This document shows positions 9,494 through 15,368 of a stretch of 32,000 nucleotides of DNA, one piece after another (position 1 is the first letter of the stretch; each line of letters starts with the position of its first letter). The DNA is taken from NCBI RefSeq assembly GCF_000025505.1, contig NC_013849.1, positions 690,001 to 722,000 of the forward strand, written 5' to 3'. Source of the DNA: Ferroglobus placidus DSM 10642 (GTDB lineage Archaea > Halobacteriota > Archaeoglobi > Archaeoglobales > Archaeoglobaceae). A program made the position numbers and the translations under genes. A model generated the notes under the pieces. It did no database searches, was not told the DNA's origin, and saw only the letters and a list, made by a program, of their open reading frames with translations.

Positions 9494-9518
9494 TTTTTAT
9501 ACATTTATTGTAAAATAA
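9494..9518. promoter_or_regulatory. Palindromic site A (TTTTTATACA-TTTAT-TGTAAAATAA) overlapping the TATA region upstream of the thioredoxin-like gene
   Basis: The 10-nt arms match 8/10 as an inverted repeat with a 5-nt spacer. The right arm continues as TGTAAAATAAG. The GTG start at 9523 lies 14 nt after the TGTA. Confidence 0.55.
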
Positions 9519-9522
9519 GTTC

Positions 9523-10002
9523 GTGAAAGAGAAGAGACCTCTACCAATCTTTGCGATGGCTCTCGTACTCTTCGGGGTAGCTGCGATCTTCTTTGGTGTC
9601 AACGAATACGAGGAGTATCCGATAAAATTCTACAGCCTCGAAGAGGGGTTTAAAGTTGCGAAAATGGAAAACAAGCTCGTTTTGGTTTACATCCACTCCG
9701 ATACCTGCTACGTCTGCAGAGCATTCCTTGAGGATCTATCGAAGTACGAAGATTTGCAAAAAACCTTTGAAAAGTTCGTTGTTGTCAAAGTGGACTTTCT
9801 AACTGAGAGGGCTTTAGCAGTGAAGTTCGGCGCTACTGGCACTCCCGAATTCCACGTCTTCTACCCCAACGGCACGCCGATGAAAATAAATGGGGTGAGA
9901 GCAGTTTATATCGGATACGCCGGCTCTCCGGACGATGAAAAAGCGAGAAAGTCCTTAATATCTTTTCTTGAGACCGCTTTAGAAAGCTACGACAGAAGAT
10001 GA
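9523..10002 (+). CDS. Membrane-anchored thioredoxin-fold protein (CxxC)
   Basis: N-terminal TM segment (PIFAMALVLFGVAAIFFGV). Motif VLVYIHSDTCYVCRAF (CYVC) and a cis-Pro-like GTPEFHVF. GTG start; an alternative ATG lies 11 codons downstream. Confidence 0.7.
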   Translation: MKEKRPLPIFAMALVLFGVAAIFFGVNEYEEYPIKFYSLEEGFKVAKMENKLVLVYIHSDTCYVCRAFLEDLSKYEDLQKTFEKFVVVKVDFLTERALAVKFGATGTPEFHVFYPNGTPMKINGVRAVYIGYAGSPDDEKARKSLISFLETALESYDRR

Positions 10003-10010
10003 TCGAAACA

Positions 10011-10035
10011 TTATTATACACCTAACGTAAAATAA
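10011..10035. promoter_or_regulatory. Palindromic site B (TTATTATACA-CCTAA-CGTAAAATAA) upstream of the mini-ORF/rhodanese unit
   Basis: Arms match 8/10 as an inverted repeat. Followed by GG-AG (TAAGGAG) and the ATG at 10041, 15 nt after the CGTA. Same geometry as site A. Confidence 0.55.
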
Positions 10036-10040
10036 GGAGT

Positions 10041-10106
10041 ATGAAAATCGAAAAAGTGAAGAGAGAAAAAAGAGGAGTTTGCAAGTGCCACAACTCTTGC
10101 AGCTAA
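10041..10106 (+). CDS. Candidate 21-aa Cys-rich peptide MKIEKVKREKRGVCKCHNSCS
   Basis: ATG..TAA ORF below the track's size cutoff. It sits at the same distance from palindrome B as the 9523 start does from palindrome A. AAGGAG lies immediately upstream. Basic N-terminus followed by a CxCHxxC tail. Rhodanese follows 31 nt downstream with its own strong SD. Confidence 0.35.
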   Translation: MKIEKVKREKRGVCKCHNSCS

Positions 10107-10137
10107 AATCAAATTTTTATTTTTTGGAGGTGGTTGC

Positions 10138-10533
10138 TTGTCCGGAAAGTTAATAACAGCTTTTGCTATCGGCATCGTTGCAGCGTTTCTGCTCTACAAC
10201 AGCTTCGTTCTCTTTCCAAAGGAAAAAGCCTTCAAATCTGTATCTCCTGAAGAATTTTACAAGCTAATGCAGAACGAAGAAGCTTTTGTAATAGACGTTC
10301 ACGTTCCGGAGCAGAAACATTTAAACGGAACCGATGCTTGGATACCCTACGACAGGATTGAAGAGTTCAAAGACCTCTTACCCAAAGACAAGAACACTCC
10401 CATCCTCGTTTACTGCAGATCCGGACAGATGAGTAAAATTGCCGCTTCAAAACTCGCTCAGATTGGATACAAAAACATCTACGAACTTGATGGAGGTATT
10501 TTAGCTTGGCAAAGAGCCAATCTACCTTACTGA
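10138..10533 (+). CDS. Membrane-anchored rhodanese-like sulfurtransferase domain protein
   Basis: TTG start preceded by GGAGGTGG. N-terminal TM segment (ITAFAIGIVAAFLLY). Active-site loop VYCRSGQMS and the C-terminal GGILAW typical of single-domain rhodaneses. Confidence 0.8.
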   Translation: MSGKLITAFAIGIVAAFLLYNSFVLFPKEKAFKSVSPEEFYKLMQNEEAFVIDVHVPEQKHLNGTDAWIPYDRIEEFKDLLPKDKNTPILVYCRSGQMSKIAASKLAQIGYKNIYELDGGILAWQRANLPY

Positions 10534-10534
10534 G

Positions 10535-11062
10535 CTAAACAAATCCCCACGGAGTTGAAGAGTACTTCCACACCGCTATTAAAACTGAGAAAATCAATAC
10601 CACAATTTTCAATTTTTCGTAGTCCACGAACATAACTTTGGCAAGAAAACTCGAATCTTCGAAGAGGGCATTTTTCTGTATAGTCGAGAGCATCCATACC
10701 GTCCCAACCACACTTGATAAAACGCCAATCAGAAGGAAGAACTCCGTGTACAACGTGAGAAAATAGCTTATTCCCACCCCAAGTAGAGGAACTGCATCAG
10801 TGACATGGTGGAGACAGCAAGCGACCATGCTTCCTGCTGAAATCCCTCCGGTGGCTATGCTTTTACAACTTTCACGATAGGATTTTATGTGGGTGTAGAG
10901 TGCAATCTGCAAACCAAAGCCAGCGCTGATCGGGAATACGTACATCCAGTAATTTTTTAGATTCCAAATAACTCCTTCATAACCAGCTGCGGCGTAATTC
11001 ACGAGAATATAGAAGGTAAGGAGAGAAATAAAAGCTATAAAACCATTTCTCACTTCTTTCAT
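10535..11062 (-). CDS. Polytopic membrane protein with conserved-looking CC-HH motif (function unknown; possible metal/thiol transporter)
   Basis: About 5 TM segments. Motif SAGSMVACCLHHVTDAVPLLG lies inside a TM segment. The ATG at 11062 forms an ATGA overlap with the upstream gene's stop (the track's GTG start is at 11071). The stop is 1 nt from the rhodanese stop (convergent). Confidence 0.6.
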   Translation of the reverse strand: MKEVRNGFIAFISLLTFYILVNYAAAGYEGVIWNLKNYWMYVFPISAGFGLQIALYTHIKSYRESCKSIATGGISAGSMVACCLHHVTDAVPLLGVGISYFLTLYTEFFLLIGVLSSVVGTVWMLSTIQKNALFEDSSFLAKVMFVDYEKLKIVVLIFSVLIAVWKYSSTPWGFV

Positions 11063-11490
11063 ATCTCCCACTCCAAAACCCTCTCACTCTCCAGCTTCAC
11101 AACAAGTTTGAATTTTCCAGCTCTTTCTATTTCTTTCAGCGCCTCTTCGGGAAACTCAAGAATTCCGATTCTGTGATGTCCCCAAGATTTTTCGTCTTCT
11201 TTCCAAGAAACCGGTGAAAACTTTTTTCCGCCTACCTCAAGAGTCGTTCCATTTACTATGTCGTAGATGTATAGGTCTCCGGAGTGCGTGTCGAGTCTGA
11301 AGTAAAAGGTCGGCTTCGTCAATTCTGGATACTTCGGGTTCAGGTACATGGCGGTAACCTGCACATTACCGTAACTGACCTTGACGAGATCCTCTTCTTT
11401 CAATTCCTTAGGTTTGCCGTAGAAGTTATAGAGAATCACAAACACTCCGGCAAAAATGAGAATTGCAGCAATCAACAATTTCCTGTCCAT
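11059..11490 (-). CDS. Membrane-anchored hypothetical protein (extracytoplasmic beta-rich domain, SWGHHR motif)
   Basis: 143 aa with an N-terminal TM segment (LLIAAILIFAGVFVILY). His-containing motifs LDTHSGD and SWGHHRIG. Translationally coupled to the CC-HH membrane protein. Confidence 0.6.
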   Translation of the reverse strand: MDRKLLIAAILIFAGVFVILYNFYGKPKELKEEDLVKVSYGNVQVTAMYLNPKYPELTKPTFYFRLDTHSGDLYIYDIVNGTTLEVGGKKFSPVSWKEDEKSWGHHRIGILEFPEEALKEIERAGKFKLVVKLESERVLEWEI

Positions 11491-11513
11491 GTTTTACATT
11501 TGATGTAAAATAA
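11489..11513. promoter_or_regulatory. Palindromic site C (ATGTTTTACA-TTTGA-TGTAAAATAA) between a TATA box and the start of the 143-aa gene
   Basis: The core TTTTACA-N5-TGTAAAA is a perfect 7-bp inverted repeat. The left arm overlaps the ATG (11490, minus strand). On the minus strand a TATATA box (about 11515-11520) lies just upstream, and another TGTAAAAC half-site lies at about 11527-11534. Confidence 0.6.
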
Positions 11514-11532
11514 GGTATATATCGTTTTTGTT

Positions 11533-11976
11533 TTACACTTCGTCGAAGATGCCAGTGCGACTTCCCGAGGTGTAGTATATTTTAAAGGGCTTGCTTTTAA
11601 CTCCCGGCATTCCAGGAGAGCCCGTCGGCATTCCGGGAAGGGAAATTCCTTCTATAGCTGGTTTTTCCTTTAAAAGTTTGTCTATAGCCTCTCTTGGCAC
11701 GTGTCCGATAACGTAGTAGCCCCCAATGTAAGATACGTGGCAGCTCCAGAGTTTTCTTGGGACTCCGTGTTTCTCGTAAATTTTCGTTAAGCTTTTAACG
11801 TTCACGATTTCAACTTCGTAACCTTCTCCTTCAAGGTACTCCGCATACTTCTCACAACACCCGCAAGCTTCGGGTTTGTAGATCACAACCTGCGATGGAG
11901 CGTTGCCGAAGTTTAAGTAAAGACCGAAAGCTAAAATTACTCCCAGCCCCACCACAAGAAGACTCAAAATTCTCAT
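11533..11976 (-). CDS. DUF411/CopG-family metal-binding protein (membrane-anchored)
   Basis: N-terminal TM segment. Motifs PEACGCCEKY, WSCHVSYIGGYYVIGHVP and LPGMPTGSPGMPG match the DUF411 (CopG copper-resistance) signature as I recall it. Confidence 0.8.
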   Translation of the reverse strand: MRILSLLVVGLGVILAFGLYLNFGNAPSQVVIYKPEACGCCEKYAEYLEGEGYEVEIVNVKSLTKIYEKHGVPRKLWSCHVSYIGGYYVIGHVPREAIDKLLKEKPAIEGISLPGMPTGSPGMPGVKSKPFKIYYTSGSRTGIFDEV

Positions 11977-12003
11977 GGAGAGAGGCGGTCGAAAAAGTAT
12001 AAG

Positions 12004-12028
12004 TATTTTTTCATTAGGTGTAAAATAT
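12004..12028. promoter_or_regulatory. Palindromic site D (TATTTTTTCA-TTAGG-TGTAAAATAT) in the 50-bp divergent region between DUF411 and the methyltransferase
   Basis: Weaker inverted repeat (6/10). Read on the minus strand it gives TTTTACA-CCTAA-TGAAAAA, sharing ACACCTAA with site B. The right arm overlaps the ATG at 12027. Confidence 0.45.
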
Positions 12029-12638
12029 GGTGAAAAAGGGATTGGATAAGAAAAGGTACGATAGAGTTGCTAAATTTTACGATATCTTTGAGTCTCCCAT
12101 GGAACTCTTGGCTTTTTCCTCTTGGAGAAGGGAACTTACGAAAAATGTCGAAGGTAACCTCGTCCTTGAAGTGGGAATCGGAACCGGAAAAAATATACCA
12201 TACTACAAAAACTGGGAGGTAGTTGGAGTTGACATAAGCAGAAGGATGCTGGAAAGAGCCGTAAAGAGGGTTAAAGAGAACAAAAAAGTTGTTCATCTGA
12301 TCCAAGCTGACGCTGAAAGTTTACCTTTCAAGGATGGTGTTTTCGACGCAATCATATCCACCTACGTTTTTTGTTCCGTGGAGAATCCGATAAACGGGCT
12401 CAGAGAACTCCACAGAGTTCTGAAGAAAGGTGGCAAAGCGTATTTTCTCGAACACATGAGGAGCGAAAGTGAATTCGTCGGAAAAATTCTCGACATCCTA
12501 AACCCCCTCTTCAGAAAGCTCGGTCCGGAGATAAACAGGAGAACTGCAGAGAATATAAAGAAAGCTGGATTCAAAATAGTTGAGGAGAGGCACTTAATGA
12601 CGTCTATTTTCAGAATGATAGTGGCTGAAAAAAGTTAG
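12027..12638 (+). CDS. Class I SAM-dependent methyltransferase
   Basis: Motif I VLEVGIGTGKN, post-I VVGVDIS, and FDAIISTYVF plus LKKGGKAYFLEH, typical of the Methyltransf_11/25 fold. Confidence 0.85.
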   Translation: MVKKGLDKKRYDRVAKFYDIFESPMELLAFSSWRRELTKNVEGNLVLEVGIGTGKNIPYYKNWEVVGVDISRRMLERAVKRVKENKKVVHLIQADAESLPFKDGVFDAIISTYVFCSVENPINGLRELHRVLKKGGKAYFLEHMRSESEFVGKILDILNPLFRKLGPEINRRTAENIKKAGFKIVEERHLMTSIFRMIVAEKS

Positions 12639-13630
12639 TTGAGGAGGAGACGTCTTATCAGCTCCTCCACCTTTCCTTCAATAACCTTACAAAGCTTTAA
12701 AGCATCTTCGTAGCTATTCGGAGTGGAAAGTTTCCAAACCTCGTCAACTCTCCGAACATCGACGCTTTCATCAAGAGAAATTACGTAGTCCGCATCTTCA
12801 AGCATCTCTTCTGTTAGCTTTTTCGGCTTTGTCAGCTTGACTCCACGCTTTTTTGCGAACTCTACCGCAACCTCGCTAAGACTCTTCGAAGGAGAAGTCC
12901 CGTAGCTGATAGCGTGCATGTTGTCCGGAGATATTTTATTGAAAACGTACTCAGCTATCTTCGTTCTCAAATCGTTCTTAACGGAAACGAAAAACACCCT
13001 TTTCGTTGACGTTAACTTTCTGTATTTGCCTATGGACTCTGGAACTTCAGGCTTTAACTTGAATTTTCCTATCTCAACACTGCCTACGTCTATAAACCTG
13101 AGCTCAAGTTTAACCGCTTCTTCATCAAACTCTACTACGTTGTAACTGTTGTCCGGCATCAGAACTTTGTAAGAGCTGAGAGAGCCAGCATGAATTACGT
13201 GGGTTCTCAGGAGTTTTGTGGAGTAGGGAACATGCCTGTGACCGGCTAAAACCACTCCTCCGCTACAGTGAAATGCCATAGCTTCAACCATTTCTGCTGC
13301 GTCGATCAGAACGTTCATATTTCTCCCGGTGTGGGGAATCGGAACGAGGTGGTGATGCATGACGACTATGTTTATGCAGTTTTTCCTGACATTTGAAAGT
13401 ATCCACTCTCTCTGCTCGTCCCCCACGTATCCCTCGTCGGAGTCTGGAAGGGTGCTGTCCACTCCTATAAAGACCGCATTATCAACCTTCACCCTCTTTC
13501 TCGTCCTTCCAAAGTACAGCCTGAAGTACTTCAATCCGTCGTTTCTCGCATCGTGATTGCCGGGAACGGCGAGAATCTCAGACTTTATACCAGAAAGCGT
13601 TTCATAAGCATCTCTAAACTCGTGATGCAC
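12635..13630 (-). CDS. Metallophosphoesterase (motifs III-V only) fused to a C-terminal LMW-PTP/ArsC-like domain with Ser replacing the nucleophilic Cys; distal part of a TGA-interrupted gene
   Basis: Track ORF with a GTG start. Motifs VPGNHD, VVMHHH and LAGHRHVP. The C-terminal VFFVSVKNDLRT aligns to the V-C-x-G-N-x-C-R-S P-loop with C->S. The upstream 43 codons, which are in frame, carry the missing DVH and GD motifs. Confidence 0.75.
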   Translation of the reverse strand: MHHEFRDAYETLSGIKSEILAVPGNHDARNDGLKYFRLYFGRTRKRVKVDNAVFIGVDSTLPDSDEGYVGDEQREWILSNVRKNCINIVVMHHHLVPIPHTGRNMNVLIDAAEMVEAMAFHCSGGVVLAGHRHVPYSTKLLRTHVIHAGSLSSYKVLMPDNSYNVVEFDEEAVKLELRFIDVGSVEIGKFKLKPEVPESIGKYRKLTSTKRVFFVSVKNDLRTKIAEYVFNKISPDNMHAISYGTSPSKSLSEVAVEFAKKRGVKLTKPKKLTEEMLEDADYVISLDESVDVRRVDEVWKLSTPNSYEDALKLCKVIEGKVEELIRRLLLN

Positions 13631-13633
13631 TCC

Positions 13634-13765
13634 TCACAGTCCGATATCTCCGGTTAAAACGACCAAGTCCGGCTCGATTTCGTTTATCTGTTTTATAGCC
13701 TTCTCAACCTTGTCCTTCAGCAGCTCAAAGCCGAAATGAACATCCGATATGTGGACGATTTTCAT
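13634..13765 (-). pseudogene. N-terminal fragment of the same metallophosphoesterase, ending at an in-frame TGA (13636..13634)
   Basis: The minus strand reads ATG(13765) MKIVHISDVHFGFELLKDKVEKAIKQINEIEPDLVVLTGDIGL-TGA-G-V(GTG 13630)HHEF. This fragment holds metal-binding motifs I (DVH) and II (GD) and is in frame with ORF 12635..13630. Confidence 0.7.
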
Positions 13766-13809
13766 AAAATAAATCGTGATGAATGCCGTTTTAGAATTTC
13801 GGTTGGAAT

Positions 13810-13822
13810 AAAAATTAAAAAA
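13810..13822 (-). terminator. Oligo-T tracts (archaeal-type terminator signal) after the PEF-CTERM protein gene
   Basis: The minus strand reads TAA-AAAAAATTAAATTTTTTAATTTTTATTCC. T6 and T5 runs lie within 25 nt of the stop. Confidence 0.35.
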
Positions 13823-13832
13823 TTTAATTTTT

Positions 13833-15368
13833 TTACCTCATCATTCTACCCGCAACCAAGGCAGTTATAACGACAGCTATGCCCATCCACACCCCCGAAA
13901 ACTCCGGAATAGAAGTTTGATCCGGAAGAGGGGTTAAAGTAGGCGTTTGAATTGGTGTTGGCGTTCCACCTGCTTGAAGAGGACAGATCGCGTTCGAAAT
14001 CGGAGAAATTCCGGATGTTTGAAGATCTAAGGAGTTTACGTTGATTCCAGCCGGTTGAAGGAGGGGTGCTGGAGCGAACACGTATTCGTCAAATCCAGCT
14101 TCACCGATTTGGGCGTTTGCAACGATTTCGTAAAGGCAAAGACCAGTGACGCTCCCGTAGTCGTTAAGCTTGAGAATCCAGAAGTCCGAGTCGCTCGAGA
14201 AGGATCTCGTGTTTGACGCAACAACGTAGCCGTCGTCGGCTTTTTTAACATCCGCCGCCCAGTCACTTTTGTCACCGCCGTATCTCTTCTGCCACTGAAT
14301 CAATCCGCTGCCGTCAATTTTGAAAATCCAAACGTCTCCTGCTGCGCTCCCAGCTACGACATAGCCATCGTTCACCTTCTGAATTGAGGAGATTTTTTCA
14401 TAGGTACTTTCATTGTACGTTCTCTGCCACCGTATGTGTCCGCTGTTATCGATCTTTAAGATCCAAGACTCGTAGACATTCGGAGAGAGAACGCCGGCAC
14501 TTCTGCTCGTTCCAGCTACAACGTACCCATCATCAGCTTGCTGGAGGGAAGAAAACTCATCAACGACTTTCCAGTCGTATATCCCCTCCCACTCGACAAA
14601 ACCCGAACTGTTAAGCTTTACCATCCAGAGATTCGAACGGTAGGGGTTTGGAAATGAGATAACATTGTAATCGGCTGCAACTCCGGCTACTATATACCCT
14701 CCATCGCCAGTTTGCTGGATGGAGTAAGCTTTATCTCTGTTATACATATCGAGCACTTTTTCCCACATCACATTGCCGTTGGCATCGAGCTTTAAAATCC
14801 AGATGTTGTACTCTATCTCCCGCAATGGATCGGATGGAATTGTAGTGTATCCAGCCACTACGTAGCCGCCGTCACTCGTTTGCCGAATGGAATGGAATGC
14901 GTTCTCCTGAATTGGCTCATCATCAACGTTTTTATCGTATTTTTTAGCCCAGAGGACGTTTCCATACTCGTCAACTTTCATAACGAGTCCGTAGAAAATA
15001 TCAAACTGAGTTCGAGAGCCGCTATAACTCTTCGAACCCGCTTTTCCGGCAATTACGTATCCATCGCTCACTTTCTGAATCGAATACGCGTAATCGTCAA
15101 GAGGTGAGCCATAACTTTTCTCCCATACAACGTTCCCCTCACCATCAAGCTTCACGATCCAGATGTCCGTATCTCCAAGCGAGTCCGTCCAGCCAGCTAC
15201 GACGTAACCGTCGTCAGTTCGCTGGATTGCATAGGCTGTCTCATTACCCTCTCCTCCATAGATTTTTGCCCATTCTGCCTGAACTGGAGTCAGTAGGCAG
15301 AACAGAGCAGCTACCGCTAAAAACAAAATTCTCAATTCAACCACCTTAATTAAATTATTTTTTCTCAA
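13833..15368 (-). CDS. Secreted seven-repeat (beta-propeller-like) surface protein with Thr/Pro linker and PEF-CTERM archaeosortase sorting signal
   Basis: Signal peptide (LFLAVAALFCLLTPVQA). Seven tandem units of about 50-60 aa of the form [AF]YSIQ.T.DGGYVVAG.T...(D/N).W(I/M).K(L/I)D..G.v.W(E/Q)K.Y. The C-terminus is GGTPTPIQTPTLTPLPDQTSIPEFSGVWMGIAVVITALVAGRMMR. The start is uncertain (TTG at 15368 or GTG 8 codons downstream). Confidence 0.8.
   Translation of the reverse strand: MRKNNLIKVVELRILFLAVAALFCLLTPVQAEWAKIYGGEGNETAYAIQRTDDGYVVAGWTDSLGDTDIWIVKLDGEGNVVWEKSYGSPLDDYAYSIQKVSDGYVIAGKAGSKSYSGSRTQFDIFYGLVMKVDEYGNVLWAKKYDKNVDDEPIQENAFHSIRQTSDGGYVVAGYTTIPSDPLREIEYNIWILKLDANGNVMWEKVLDMYNRDKAYSIQQTGDGGYIVAGVAADYNVISFPNPYRSNLWMVKLNSSGFVEWEGIYDWKVVDEFSSLQQADDGYVVAGTSRSAGVLSPNVYESWILKIDNSGHIRWQRTYNESTYEKISSIQKVNDGYVVAGSAAGDVWIFKIDGSGLIQWQKRYGGDKSDWAADVKKADDGYVVASNTRSFSSDSDFWILKLNDYGSVTGLCLYEIVANAQIGEAGFDEYVFAPAPLLQPAGINVNSLDLQTSGISPISNAICPLQAGGTPTPIQTPTLTPLPDQTSIPEFSGVWMGIAVVITALVAGRMMR

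Noticed and set aside
8776-12030. The metal/thiol cluster as a horizontally acquired genomic island or mobile element
   Set aside because: No integrase, transposase, flanking tRNA or direct repeats were seen, and by eye there is no base-composition shift relative to the neighbouring genes.
13634-13636. Reading the in-frame TGA of the phosphoesterase as selenocysteine
   Set aside because: The position is not a redox-active site in metallophosphoesterases. The region downstream of the gene is occupied by the convergent methyltransferase, leaving no 3'-UTR for an archaeal SECIS element. No Sec machinery is expected in Archaeoglobales-type archaea. A nonsense mutation, a sequencing error or readthrough is more plausible.
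13777-13783. GTGATGA (C-box-like) in the intergenic region upstream of the phosphoesterase
   Set aside because: No CUGA D or D' box follows at 10-13 nt or anywhere within 70 nt on that strand, and no C'/D pair is present. It is not a C/D sRNA.
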